DNA of 64,000 bases from a virus. The stretch spans positions 64,001-128,000 of the IMG/VR virus record IMGVR_UViG_3300049491_000383; one strand, written 5' to 3'. Position numbers and translations under genes: made by a program. The notes under the pieces were generated by a model that saw nothing but the letters and a program-made list of their open reading frames with translations, searched no databases and was not told the DNA's origin. Positions 30,041-41,128 of this stretch are shown here, one piece after another; positions within the stretch are counted from its first letter, which is position 1; each line of letters opens with the position of its first letter.

Positions 30041-30439
30041 TTAGAAGAGTGGCAGATTGCCAGTTATAAGGTTGATTTTGGCGGCGTCATCGGGACCGAC
30101 GCCTACAGCAGTAAGTGTAGGCACGCCATTAAATTCTGTCAAGCCTGCATCTGTAATCAATGCTGTAGCGATACCCGCCTTCTTTGCTTGATTGTAGATT
30201 TCGGCAAGTTGGTCATCTGTTTCTACATAACAGGTAATCTTTGTAAACCTACCAATGATCCATTCATAGACAAAGGGATTTTCAAGATTGATAACGAAAT
30301 TCTGGCACTCGGGATCCATCCGACCAAGTGATAACAGGGCACCAAGACTTGCATGGGCACCCTGTGCAACATATTTTCCTGTTCGTAGATTTTGCGATTT
30401 AGGAAACTTCTTCATTACCAATACTTGCTTACTCGCCAT
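30041..30439 (-). CDS. peptidyl-tRNA hydrolase, Pth2 family
   Basis: KQVLV, GKYVAQGAHAS, ITDAGLTEF...T.VGVGP...ITGNLPL. Confidence 0.92.
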   Translation of the reverse strand: MASKQVLVMKKFPKSQNLRTGKYVAQGAHASLGALLSLGRMDPECQNFVINLENPFVYEWIIGRFTKITCYVETDDQLAEIYNQAKKAGIATALITDAGLTEFNGVPTLTAVGVGPDDAAKINLITGNLPLF

Positions 30440-30693
30440 ACAATGTCCAGTATATTTTGAATGCGTTGAAATCGTCTTCAGTTTCAAATTCTAAAGCATC
30501 AACGTCTTCAGGATTATCATTATCAATAATCGAGCCGTGATATTTCTTAATAGCCTTATCGAGTTCAAAATTCATTAAGGCTTGTTTATGCGTAGGTATA
30601 TCTTTTGTAGTACACAAGACAAAGTTTCTCCACCAGACAGGGCAGGCGGAGAAACATGTGAACATGGTGAAGTCGATCTTCACCATGTTGGAC

Positions 30694-31311
30694 TTACTTC
30701 AGTGCAGCAACAGCCGAGTCGTACACCTTGTGGTACACGCCGCGGAAGAACTTGGTTACCAGCAGTTGGATACCGTTGATCAGGTCGCCGACGATGTTTT
30801 CCACCATGGAGAACGGCCAAATCATGATCCACGCAGTGATGGTGCCAAGCATTGCCTTCGGATGAAGTTGTGCCAGAACACGTTCCTTGTTGGAGGCACT
30901 GGTGTCACGGTTGGCTTCAACCACCTTCTCGGCGTGACGCTTGTATCGCCAGAAGCTCCAGAACAGGCCGATTGCAATGTAAGCAACAGCACCAATTCCA
31001 AGCGCGATCAGGGAGACGTTGAAGAACAGGTATGCGACGCCCATCGAAACCAACGCAGCAAACACAGCCCAGCCACGTGCGCCGTTGTGTTCAAACAAAA
31101 TGCCAAGCACGATCAGCGCAATCAGCGCCGGCCATGTAAGCAGGAAGCCTGCAGCGAAGGCAAAGAGAGAAGCGAAGAAGCCGACTTCAACGGCAGTAGT
31201 GACAGCACCAACAACTGGTGCAGATGCTGCAACAGCCGGAGCAACCGTACCAGCGAATGCAGCCGATGCGCCCAACATAGCGGTCAGAGCCGCCAGAGAT
31301 TTCTTAAACAT
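30694..31311 (-). CDS. multi-pass membrane protein
   Basis: Several TM segments; own TTGACA/TATAGT promoter at ~31360-31388. Confidence 0.65.
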   Translation of the reverse strand: MFKKSLAALTAMLGASAAFAGTVAPAVAASAPVVGAVTTAVEVGFFASLFAFAAGFLLTWPALIALIVLGILFEHNGARGWAVFAALVSMGVAYLFFNVSLIALGIGAVAYIAIGLFWSFWRYKRHAEKVVEANRDTSASNKERVLAQLHPKAMLGTITAWIMIWPFSMVENIVGDLINGIQLLVTKFFRGVYHKVYDSAVAALK

Positions 31312-31394
31312 GTGTATCCTTTGTGTGTTAATAAGTGAGCGCACCTATTGCGCCCACTAACTATAAGTGCAGTCGACCTTAATGTCAACGTGGT

Positions 31395-31784
31395 TTAGAA
31401 TGCACCAGCCTTGTAGGACATTGTGGCTGCGGTGAAACTACGCTTCCACGACCACTCGTCAAGAACAAGTTGGTTGAACACGTCTTCTTCAACTTCAATA
31501 ACATCCTCTACCGACAATTCCAACATACGGATTGCACGCTTGTAATCATTCTCGTAGGACACGGGTGCGCCGGGCATGCTCTTCATCTTCTTGAAGTCTT
31601 CCAGATCAGCAGTCTTGGCAAGCTTTACATTGCCTTGTGCAATCTGCAGTACCAACTTCTTGTAATCCTCAACGGATTCAACAAATTGTGCAACGTGTGT
31701 AATCTTGTTGGCTTGCACAATGGCAAGCAACTCAAGACGATTCATTTTGATGGCGTTCATAACATTCCTCGATGGGTTTAGCAT
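31395..31784 (-). CDS. conserved hypothetical phage protein
   Basis: P.SYENDYKRAIRMLELSV..F..LVLDEWSWK. Confidence 0.65.
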   Translation of the reverse strand: MLNPSRNVMNAIKMNRLELLAIVQANKITHVAQFVESVEDYKKLVLQIAQGNVKLAKTADLEDFKKMKSMPGAPVSYENDYKRAIRMLELSVEDVIEVEEDVFNQLVLDEWSWKRSFTAATMSYKAGAF

Positions 31785-31800
31785 ATTTGATCTTTCTTGA

Positions 31801-31893
31801 TGGCGGATGGGTAGGGAATCGAACCCTCGGCAGTTTTCACCACTCCACTTACTTTCCAAGTAAGGCTTGTATCCCAGACAAGATACCGCATCC
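31801..31893 (-). tRNA. tRNA-Ser(GGA), atypical acceptor and D arm
   Basis: Loop UUGGAAA, long variable arm, G73-CCA. Confidence 0.75.
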
Positions 31894-32180
31894 AGATATG
31901 AAAGTATACACGAACGTGATACTTATGTCAACCTTTTAGCCAAGCAATGCTGCTACCAAAAGATACTCTTCTACTAACTCTATGTCGTTATTTATTCTTA
32001 TTAACAGGGCATCAGCACGATGTTTCTGCCCCTGTCTAACCAATACTTCTGCTCTCGAAAGTTCAGTAACTTGGTGCTGAATATTACCAATCATCTTCTT
32101 TACATCAGCACCGTGAACCAAAGAGGATGCCTTTCGAAGCAATGTTACTTCGATTGGCGGCCAATCAAGACTGTTCTGAA

Positions 32181-32837
32181 TCATCTGTTATTGATATCAT
32201 TTATCGTCTTGGATAGAAGAATCAAATCTAACTTCAAAACCTCAACTTCGTAATCAGTTAGTTTCTTTGTTACGTGAACTACCATGTATCCGGGAATATT
32301 ATTTCCAAACACCGGAGGAATCGGAACTCGGCAAGACATTGTTAGTTTAGTAGCAAGGTCCGGCCAGACGCGAGCCAAACCACCACCGGTAAATGGATCA
32401 CAATGTGTTTCCCCGGTTATCAATGCAATTACCTGTGCATTATTCGAAGAATCATTCTTAATGAACATTGGCAGTGCGCCATCGCCTCCGTTAAGTCTTT
32501 CGTAGATGATCTTCTTTAGTTCATCACTGTTGAAGGCACGGTATATTGGAAGGCGCGTGTTCTTTTCAAATTGGAAGGTTAGAACTGTGAGATAAACCAC
32601 CTCTGTATGCTTTCGCATAAAGATACCTATGGTTTGTTCCGATTCCGGTGGAATATGAACAAACGGTTTATTTCCAGTTGATGATTCAGACGAAAATAAA
32701 AACTTCCCTAATGCCGGTGCCTGAGTATATCCTATATATCCTATTAGTCCAAACATGATTAGAAGTCCGACAGCTAATACCCTTTTAAAGGTTGCCTTTT
32801 CTAATATTGGTACTATAGATGCAAAAAACTTTTCCAT
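32181..32837 (-). CDS. possible T4 T-like holin (one TM plus periplasmic GAF-like domain)
   Basis: Size and topology like T4 gpt; SCRVPI...GYMVV; late box upstream. Confidence 0.45.
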   Translation of the reverse strand: MEKFFASIVPILEKATFKRVLAVGLLIMFGLIGYIGYTQAPALGKFLFSSESSTGNKPFVHIPPESEQTIGIFMRKHTEVVYLTVLTFQFEKNTRLPIYRAFNSDELKKIIYERLNGGDGALPMFIKNDSSNNAQVIALITGETHCDPFTGGGLARVWPDLATKLTMSCRVPIPPVFGNNIPGYMVVHVTKKLTDYEVEVLKLDLILLSKTINDINNR

Positions 32838-32926
32838 GAATCTCCGATGCACTAAAATTGTGCAACTATGTGGGTTTATGCACATATTTATCGGATGTAC
32901 TTGGATATACTCTGTAGGGATTTATC

Positions 32927-33011
32927 TGGTGCGGATAAGAGGACTCGAACCTCCACGCCTTTCGGCACAAGCACCTCAAGCTTGCGTGACTACCAATTCC
33001 ACCATATCCGC
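32927..33011 (-). tRNA. tRNA-Leu(GAG)
   Basis: Loop UUGAGGU, CCA. Confidence 0.92.
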
Positions 33012-33017
33012 AGGTGT

Positions 33018-33461
33018 TTATTTCTTATCTAGATAGGTGAATTCTCGCCTAAAATAAATTAGACTCATTACCCATCCTATATTAACTAGATAATTTAGGA
33101 TTACGGGCCAGGCTACTATAGGATTTAGAATAGCTAGAACAATAAGGGATCCGTAAAGAACAAATGTTCCCGACATTAAAAGATAGGCAATCTTCGAAAT
33201 CTTTTCTTCACATTCCTTCTTACCATATGTACCGTAAATCAATGTAAAGGTCATCCCGACAATACACAATACCCAGAGCGCTATAATATAAGGAGAAAAC
33301 ATGGCGCCTATACCTGTAAGTGCCAGGGCTCTTTGAGAGGTCTGAAAACCAACAGTGAGGAAGAAATCCCAGGTTAGTGTTATTGTGAAGAGAACACGTA
33401 ACATGATTAGCATTTTGTATGCTAATTCTTTCCAGACAATTTGATCTTCTCGTAGGTCCAT
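33018..33461 (-). CDS. 4-TM membrane protein, late
   Basis: Hydrophobic segments; GATAAATA immediately upstream. Confidence 0.55.
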   Translation of the reverse strand: MDLREDQIVWKELAYKMLIMLRVLFTITLTWDFFLTVGFQTSQRALALTGIGAMFSPYIIALWVLCIVGMTFTLIYGTYGKKECEEKISKIAYLLMSGTFVLYGSLIVLAILNPIVAWPVILNYLVNIGWVMSLIYFRREFTYLDKK

Positions 33462-33490
33462 GATATATTTATCATTATGGATCCAAAATA

Positions 33491-33569
33491 TGGTTGCAGT
33501 GCCTCGAGAGTCGAACCGAGCTTTTCCCTGGCTTATGAGACCTGGTGCGTCTGCCGGACGCCCGCCTGC
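33491..33569 (-). tRNA. tRNA(CAU), non-canonical
   Basis: Loop CUCAUAA, 5-bp D stem, CCA. Confidence 0.65.
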
Positions 33570-33859
33570 TATTGATCATGGAGTTGGGTGTCGCAGCAAA
33601 ACAAACTCCAAGTCTTGCATAAGAATCGCCGGGCTTCGATTCACGCGCCGTACCCATTACAGGATGGTTGCCACCATTTAACCAGCATATCAATTTTACG
33701 TGAAAAATGACAAATATGTCAAGTGATAGTCGGTATCATATATCAGAGGCTGATTCACAGCTTCAAGCATCGTTAGAACCTATTGCATATCACTCAACAA
33801 AAATAGTAATTGGTAGAACATATACCAATGGTGCTATTAACACTATCATAAAATAATTC

Positions 33860-33933
33860 TGGTTGCGTGGCCTCGGAATCGAACCGGCCCTTAAGGTTAT
33901 GAGCCTCACGTGCTACCATCACACTCGCCCGCA
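33860..33933 (-). tRNA. tRNA-Met(CAU)
   Basis: Loop CUCAUAA, CCA. Confidence 0.75.
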
Positions 33934-34399
33934 ATTGTTATTTTTCTATTATACTTGCACTTAGGACACGAGTCAACATGGTTGTGACTTCGAGTCTAAT
34001 TATTTGACTTTTCTTTAGATCTTTGAAATTTATTCCCGGTGTATTCGGATGAAGATGATAAACATTTCCATTGGACACTTTTACGTAGGCGATATTGTAC
34101 CCTGCCGAGACTTCGACAACTTGCCCCTCAATAAAGAATGGACGTTCACCTGACATCCACTATTTATACTTTTTCTGAAATTTTATCTCCGAACCGAAGT
34201 ATTAATGCTGTCTCTTGTTCTGGTGTAACAAGGCATTCTAATGTGTCTTGATTGCTTAAAACTCGGCAGCCAGTTGCCATATCGTTCAAATAAAAACTGC
34301 CGTTGTCAACAATATCAAGTCCAACGACATTCTCTTCAAGTATTTCAAAATACTCAGATCCAACATCGGAAAATTTAATGTATAGTTTCTTCATGTGTT

Positions 34400-34473
34400 T
34401 GGTGCTCTTAGCAGTAATCGAAACTGCGATACTATCGTACCAAGATAGTGTTATGCCACTTAACTATAAGAGC
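34400..34473 (-). tRNA. tRNA-Thr(GGU)
   Basis: Loop UUGGUAC, CCA. Confidence 0.88.
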
Positions 34474-34926
34474 GAAAATGTAGAGCAGTGTCCGAAGCCG
34501 TTACTGCCGAGGCTATGAAGTGCGTCAAGGGCTATCTTCACAACATACTTATCTCTAAAGGGATGATAGACCGCAACTATAGCGTGATCAAGGATAACTT
34601 ATCCTTCGACATATCAAACTCATCAGATAAAATGTGGTAGGATATAATTCAATTTAATATTATATCACTGGCTTACGAGTGTAATTTCAAATAACTCAGA
34701 AAGCATACCACTAAAACTTATTCCGGTGCTACGGCACCACGTGATCTACTGGCTGCGCCCTTATCGTTGTCCTTTGACTTGAGTGCTGCACGACGCGCGG
34801 CTTCTTCATGAAGTTGGGCGTCAATCATCATCCTCTTGAATGCACCCTTTTCGTGTGCATCCTTAAACGTTCCGAGAGCCAATGCAGTCTTGGTAGAACG
34901 CAGCATACGGAAGTTCTTATCTGGTG

Positions 34927-35280
34927 TCATGTTGTATCTTTCGTTTTAGGTGTGTTTTGTCTAATGTGCTGTCTAATCGTTATCGCTTGTTCTCGAAGAG
35001 CCTTTGTTCTCTTCTCCTGCAAGTCCTGTCTCTTGTTGGTCTCTAATATAGCACGCTGCATCTCTTTAAGTCTATCTCCAAAACCATCTTCTAGGGTCTT
35101 GGCCTTCATTTGATTCTGCGTGACTTCAATTATAACTGCATTCTGCATCGGAACAAAAGTCCTGGATTTAACTCTCCAATCTTCTTCATCCAATGTAATT
35201 GTATCACCTATCGTGGGGACATGGCTTCCTTCACTAAGGAACAAATCTTCACCATATTCGTCAACGTATAATACTTGCAT
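34927..35280 (-). CDS. hypothetical protein
   Basis: 117-aa ORF, AAGGA SD, coupled to 34718-34930. Confidence 0.55.
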   Translation of the reverse strand: MQVLYVDEYGEDLFLSEGSHVPTIGDTITLDEEDWRVKSRTFVPMQNAVIIEVTQNQMKAKTLEDGFGDRLKEMQRAILETNKRQDLQEKRTKALREQAITIRQHIRQNTPKTKDTT

Positions 35281-35288
35281 CTTTTCCT

Positions 35289-35364
35289 TGGCTCCCCGAC
35301 GTGGGCTCGAACCACGGACCTACGGATTAACAGTCCGACGCTCTACCGACTGAGCTATCGGGGA
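35289..35364 (-). tRNA. tRNA-Asn(GUU)
   Basis: Loop CUGUUAA, CCA. Confidence 0.95.
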
Positions 35365-35372
35365 ATTGTCTT

Positions 35373-35448
35373 TGGTGGAGGTGACAGGACTCGAACCCGC
35401 TACCTACTGCTTGCAAAGCAGCCGCTCTCCCAGCTGAGCTACACCCCC
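35373..35448 (-). tRNA. tRNA-Ala(UGC)
   Basis: Loop UUUGCAA, G3-U70, CCA. Confidence 0.95.
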
Positions 35449-35453
35449 AAATT

Positions 35454-35822
35454 CTACTCGATAAGAAAACAAAGTCCGTTTTGGAAAACTAATTCCTTTG
35501 CCTTATCTATCCGTTTTCCATCACACACAAAATATGCAGCGGAATAAGGATTATAACTTACACAACCCTCTCTGTCAAGTAGTCTACTATTCAGAATAGG
35601 ATATTTTTTAACAGTATATTTATCCGCTACGACGAAAGCATGCACGTTCTTCTGATGCTCTTTAAGAACTTTCTGCCTACCCTTTTCATTGACCTTGAAT
35701 TCTACATCCTCAGCGGTAAATGTAAAAGGTCTGTCAATTACCCTCCCATTATAACGTACAGAAAATCCCTTTGTTCTAAGGTTTCTATAAATGTAGTATC
35801 GCGCTTTCATTCTATCTCGCAA
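35454..35822 (-). CDS. conserved hypothetical phage protein
   Basis: YRNL...F.V...GRQKVLKE.QKNVHAFV...SYNPY. Confidence 0.65.
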   Translation of the reverse strand: MRDRMKARYYIYRNLRTKGFSVRYNGRVIDRPFTFTAEDVEFKVNEKGRQKVLKEHQKNVHAFVVADKYTVKKYPILNSRLLDREGCVSYNPYSAAYFVCDGKRIDKAKELVFQNGLCFLIE

Positions 35823-36211
35823 TGCATTGATACGGTTGTCAATCCTACACCGTTTGCAAGAACACCATTTTGTAATAGGTATTCTTTCTGCACACCGTAA
35901 GCTTCTCTCTCAAGTTCAATGATGTGCTGGCAGGTACGATGTGGCTTACCATTCTTTTCTTGCAGATAATGCACATCTTCATGAACCACAATAGACGCAG
36001 CAATCTGGTTACCTTCCACATCAAGTTTATCCCAAATATAAACAGTGTCGCCACCACGGAACCAACCTACAACTTTGCAGTTCGGGCTACCGCCACATGC
36101 TTCTTTGACAAAGAATTCTTTAGGCTTGAACTCTACCTTTGGTGGTTCGGCATTTGGGTAGCCACTTAAAGTGACTGCCCAAGAAAACAAAATTGAATAA
36201 AGCTCAGTCAC
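35807..36211 (-). CDS. HExxH-containing protein
   Basis: SIVVHEDVHYLQ...LEREAY. Confidence 0.55.
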   Translation of the reverse strand: MTELYSILFSWAVTLSGYPNAEPPKVEFKPKEFFVKEACGGSPNCKVVGWFRGGDTVYIWDKLDVEGNQIAASIVVHEDVHYLQEKNGKPHRTCQHIIELEREAYGVQKEYLLQNGVLANGVGLTTVSMHCEIE

Positions 36212-36908
36212 GTTCGCCGGTTGCCAAATTAATGTGTTCTTCTTTCATCAGTACAACCCAATCATGCCCTGGTTCCCAGCCATCCATACGAATGCACTTT
36301 TGCAATGGTAGTGACGGTAGTTCCCAATAACCAAACTTTTCTGTGATGGTTAGAATCTTCTCTGGAATCTTGGATAGGTCAACGTAACGAAGCTTCCACG
36401 ACGTATCATCTCCCCAAACGCATCCGCACAAGAATCCAAAATTGCAATACTGAAGACTAACAAAATCATCGCTTTCGATTTCTGATTTGAATTCTTCTGG
36501 TTCCGAGTCACAATCTACATAGTAGGAATCATATGTATCATCCTTACCCTGTATATTCATTGTGTGCTTAGAATGCACATACTGTGGAATATAGATTTCT
36601 GTCGGGCAAAATCCGTGAGCAGATTCATTCTCTCCGCACCAATCCTCGATTCGATCATCGTGCAATTTCATCACACGGGTGGCTGTATAGCTGGCACTGT
36701 AGAGTGCATACCATTCATTGTTTACTTGAAACGGATAGAAGGTCTGTGATCCGAAACTTGAATAGTTCCGAAGATACTCTCCTGTGAGTTTGTCATCTCT
36801 AAAGATTGAAACTTTAGTGGAGTTCCATGTCCCTGGTCTATTTTGTACTTGTGACAAAACAACCGAAAATGGAGTATGTGCGTATTTTTTGATTATATCG
36901 AGTTGCAT
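36204..36908 (-). CDS. hypothetical protein
   Basis: ~235-aa ORF; start uncertain. Confidence 0.6.
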   Translation of the reverse strand: MQLDIIKKYAHTPFSVVLSQVQNRPGTWNSTKVSIFRDDKLTGEYLRNYSSFGSQTFYPFQVNNEWYALYSASYTATRVMKLHDDRIEDWCGENESAHGFCPTEIYIPQYVHSKHTMNIQGKDDTYDSYYVDCDSEPEEFKSEIESDDFVSLQYCNFGFLCGCVWGDDTSWKLRYVDLSKIPEKILTITEKFGYWELPSLPLQKCIRMDGWEPGHDWVVLMKEEHINLATGERD

Positions 36909-37188
36909 ATTAAAAATTAGGTGAGTGTTTTGCTGACCGGTCACTAAGTTACCTGCATGGCTCAAACGGTTTTCAACAAGATAAATTAATATCCAGCTAC
37001 TTTGCCAGACCTTGCCGCGCTTTCATCCTATAGTGAATGTCCTATAGTTCTTTTGCCCATTTTCCCAACACCCGGGAGGAGACCTATTAAGAAAAGATTA
37101 TAGGCTGGAGATCACTTTATCATTATGGTCCAACATAATCACCGGCAAGTCTCTTTCTTGGCTGCCCTTTACCCAATAACAGTGTATG

Positions 37189-37812
37189 CTATTTACGACC
37201 AAAGCGCAATGACAAACCAAGTTTCTGGCCTTTGAACTTACTTGTACAATGTACCAATCTGTTGTCAAAAACAATCATGCTTGTAGGCTGAAATAGAAAT
37301 GCTTCTCCACTCAACCCAAAATAACAATCAATAGGGTAGTGAGATAGATATTTCTTATGGAATTTCTTATCAATTGGTTTGTATGTGTGGTTTACAAGTT
37401 GCCAATGATCGCATGGTCGTCCAGGAACGCCAGTGTTTACTTCAAAATGGATAATATCGTGTGTTAGGCACCAAGTAACTGAATCTACATACCAGGCTTG
37501 GTCAAACACCACAAGACTTGCTTGTTGTCCGCTGTATTCTAACGGAATTACTACATTGATTTCATTGCCCTGGCTAACTCTGTAATCAGTATGCGGAAGA
37601 TAGGGTTGCGTGTGTTTGTAGAAATTTCCACTCTTAAATTCGAGATCAGTACCTAATGCTTTTTCACAATAAGGTAGAACTAAAGACAACGAAAGGCCGG
37701 GGTCGGCCTTATTCATTGTTGATGTTTGATAATCACTACGAGAATTGTAATCTTTAATAACTTCGTCGATTACAATTTGTGGAATTATGTTTTGATGATA
37801 TTCTCGTAGCAT
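37189..37812 (-). CDS. 2OG-Fe(II) oxygenase-like protein
   Basis: PHTD, NVVIPL, IVFDNRLVHCT..K.GLSLRF. Confidence 0.65.
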   Translation of the reverse strand: MLREYHQNIIPQIVIDEVIKDYNSRSDYQTSTMNKADPGLSLSLVLPYCEKALGTDLEFKSGNFYKHTQPYLPHTDYRVSQGNEINVVIPLEYSGQQASLVVFDQAWYVDSVTWCLTHDIIHFEVNTGVPGRPCDHWQLVNHTYKPIDKKFHKKYLSHYPIDCYFGLSGEAFLFQPTSMIVFDNRLVHCTSKFKGQKLGLSLRFGRK

Positions 37813-38043
37813 AGGAATTAGTGCTATGGATGGTTAATCCTTTTCACTATTCATTTTACACGATCCCAAATCGTGACCTACTGACTGGCTCGAGCGTCCG
37901 AGGCACTAGAATAGCAACAGCCTAACACGAGGCTGGCATGAATACTCCATGCTGTAGTTTTTGCCCCGTAAATCCGGCAACCCGATACCAGTTAGACTCC
38001 GGCGGAGTATTGAGGGACCTTTACGGTCAACCATCCTCAAGAT

Positions 38044-38121
38044 TGGTCGGAGTACAAGGATTCGAACCTTGGACCCTCTGCTCCCAAAGCAGATGCGCTA
38101 ACCAGGCTGCGCTACACTCCG
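38044..38121 (-). tRNA. tRNA-Pro(UGG)
   Basis: Loop UUUGGGA, CCA. Confidence 0.95.
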
Positions 38122-38315
38122 AATAAGGTATTTATGTTTCGCCGCGGTGTTTTCGAAGTACCAAAGCTAACGTTTCAACTCACGTATCAATAGTGTTTTA
38201 AGATGCCATGATAAGGACACTCAAGATGTATAGACCTACGCCTATTACCGAGATTTAAGAGTGCTGCAATGTTACTCTGACAGAAATTTTAACGTCCCCT
38301 GCCTGACGCGAAATC

Positions 38316-38391
38316 TGGTGGGCGATGAGAGATTCGAACTCCCGACCCGCTCCATGTAAAAGAGCTATTCTAACCGCTGAAATAATCGCCC
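38316..38391 (-). tRNA. tRNA-Val(UAC)
   Basis: Loop UUUACAU, CCA. Confidence 0.9.
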
Positions 38392-38975
38392 AAATCTCTT
38401 AACTTACTTCTATTTTAACTTCTAAGTATCAGGACTGTCAAGTCTGGATCATCTAATGTTCCGGTCAATAAACGAACAGAACAGACAGTCTCCCTTCTTT
38501 CTTGTATTTCCCAGGTGCAATTTTTCCATAAAAATTCACCAACCGATTCATCAACAAATGTAGAACACTCTCCCCAAACAACTCTATCCTCTACTACAGC
38601 GTCTGCTATAGCTGGTAGAATTTTTTGGTTAAATCCGTAACACTTAATGAATCTTAAATCTTGTGGCCAGGACATATTATGAATGTTGTAGTGTCGAAAT
38701 CTTCAGAATGTGTGGGCTCATCGACTAAGCTAAGGGACTTGCACCCTATCCGATATACTATTTCTAGTAGTGACCATTGCTTCTGCTAGACATTTTCTAC
38801 AACGAAATTTTTACTCAATAGCCGAAAGTTGATCAAGGGTGATCTTGTATCCGTTATACACAAAATAGGGGCCTGTATCATCCACTCTGTGAGCGTCAAC
38901 CTTCTCTGCTTCCGTCAATTTCTTAAATTCTTTTACGTCTTCTAACGATGCTTGTTCCATTTTTTTATCCTTATA

Positions 38976-39031
38976 TCAGAATGCTTATTTTCAAATTACA
39001 AGTTTGATTTTTAGTTGCTGAACGCATTCTT
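38976..39031 (-). ncRNA. stem + NUWCMGCAA element, copy D (Thr-UGU anticodon-loop hairpin)
   Basis: AGAAUGC-GUUCAGCAA...UCAAA-CUUGUAA-UUUGA...GCAUUCU-G. Confidence 0.75.
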
Positions 39032-40099
39032 CAAGACTTCGTAACTGCGTCGTCTGTATTTATCACATTTCTACGGTTAAATTAGAATGACTTAAACCGC
39101 TTTTTCACCAATTCTACAATGTACAAGGACTCTTAGAAATTCCAGATGTGCGCCGGATATTCGCCTGCACTCAATGGGCCAATTATTCCCACATACCAAC
39201 CGCCAACTTATTACACAATTTAGATCAGCGCGATGGGCACTTCGATATAATCACCTCGGTCGATAACCGATACTAATTAGGGTGAAAGATTTATATCAAA
39301 ACGTTTTGGTATCGGTCGGGCCGTACCGGTCACTCTAAACCTTTCTATCTATCCATTCTTCCCACTCTTTACAACCGGTGGGTGGACCATCAATTAAATC
39401 ATCATCAAATGGGCCTTGATTTTCTGCTAACGCAATCGGCCCAAATGGAGGATCCTCAATGAACTCGACGTTACCATCGAAATCATCATCAAATTCAAAA
39501 CCTGTTTCACCTACGTGATTCTTACCAACCCAATCCGACATTATAATAATCGGACCTGCAACTACCAGAAGGTAAACAGACATCAATGCTGCACCAATGG
39601 GTGTAATACCACTGGATCTTAACATCCTGTAGTCATCGAACATTAAAGCTTTACCTTGGTGTCGTGAACAATCAGTTCAATCTTTTCACGGATGACAGGG
39701 ACTTCAAAATTCTCAAACATTGCAACGGTCGAACGAAGTCTTTCCCACATGTCCTTATAGTCTTTAGAGTGCGATGTGAGGTAGAAAAAGTTCTTATCAC
39801 CGAGCACTGGATCGCGAGCAATCTCGGATGTCTTCCAATGACAAAGTTTTGCAATGTTGGTGGCTGTTGCTGCGTCGTCTGTGGATACAGTAATGTGGCA
39901 TTCAAACATTTTAGTCTTTCAGGTAGATTGTGGATTCATCTCTTGCAGTCTTAACAAGAAGTTCTCTCAGCACAGCAAGGTGACCAGAATCGCGAGTGTA
40001 CTTCAATTCTTCTCTTTCAAATTTTTGACGTGTCTGGATGGCCTCGTACAACATCATTTGAAACGTGCTTCTATAGACTTCCATATGTTTCTTTCTGTG

Positions 40100-40183
40100 T
40101 GGTGCCCAAGGTGAGATTCGAACTCACAATCCTCGCGGCGCTGGCTTCTAAGACCAGAGTGTATCCCGTTCCACCACTTGGGC
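40100..40183 (-). tRNA. tRNA-Leu(UAG)
   Basis: Loop CUUAGAA, CCA. Confidence 0.92.
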
Positions 40184-40593
40184 AATATTATGTCAAATCC
40201 CGAACTGAAACTTCTGTATCTGCCGTGACAAGTTCAATAGTGGGTTCAACCACATAGAACTGCCCATGTCCGTCCCGCCTGATATTTCCCATAATCTGCT
40301 GCGTAAGTACATCAACAGTTTCGGAAGCTCTCAAAGGAGCGGTTGCAGTTGTCAAGTTGTTCATTATAGATTCTATTCCTTATTTATGCAAGTTCACCAG
40401 CCGTGCTTGCGTTCTTCCTCTTCTTCCATTTCTGAAAGCATTTTTCGCCAGTTGTACCTGTTTCTTTCGTCACATTCTACATCACCGCAAAGGGCAACGC
40501 TTGTATCGCCAAACCAAAATGCTGCTGGCTTTTTTCTGCACATGTCGCAAAGACCCTTCGGACCTGACCAACCTTTTGTTTGAATTGTTTCAC

Positions 40594-40788
40594 TCATAGT
40601 CCAGACCTTTCTACTTCAGAACGAATTTTTTCTGTTAGATTCGTAATGATAATAGCACCTTCTCTAATCTCAAACTCAAGTTCATCGCCTTCTATCCAAC
40701 CATTCTTTTCAATGAGTTCTGGAGGAAATGGGAGAATCAATTCACCGTGCTCATCTTCCTCGATTGTCACTTCCCAAGAATTGTTCAT
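40594..40788 (-). CDS. AbrB/MazE-like small protein
   Basis: LILPFPPELIEKNGWIEGDELEF..REGAIII. Confidence 0.55.
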   Translation of the reverse strand: MNNSWEVTIEEDEHGELILPFPPELIEKNGWIEGDELEFEIREGAIIITNLTEKIRSEVERSGL

Positions 40789-41128
40789 TTTAGACCTGCT
40801 AGTTTTTCTATGTATGCTTTCGAAACCATTGGAGATATTCCCGACATTGCCATTGCCGAAGTAACATTCATCTCGGCTTGTTCGCCGCGACCCTGTTTCT
40901 CTTGATTTCTTAACTTCTCGACTACCAAGTCGGATTCATCGTATTCAAGTACAACTGTACCGGCAGGATTCTTTGAGTTTCGTTCTGTAGCATCCCTGAC
41001 GAAGGTTAAGGCTTCGTGATACCTCTTGCACTTGGTTACTTTTCGCCAAATGGAAAAGAAAGATTTTTCATTCTTCCTCTGAATCTTATATGGAAGCAAA
41101 TCATTATTGGTAGCAACAATTCTGTATT

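Noticed and set aside
30658-31338. 226-aa plus-strand ORF (also 23042-23599)
   Set aside because: Antisense to well-supported minus-strand genes
36917-36945. AGUGACCGGUCAGCAA resembling the element
   Set aside because: Only a partial stem partner; too weak to include
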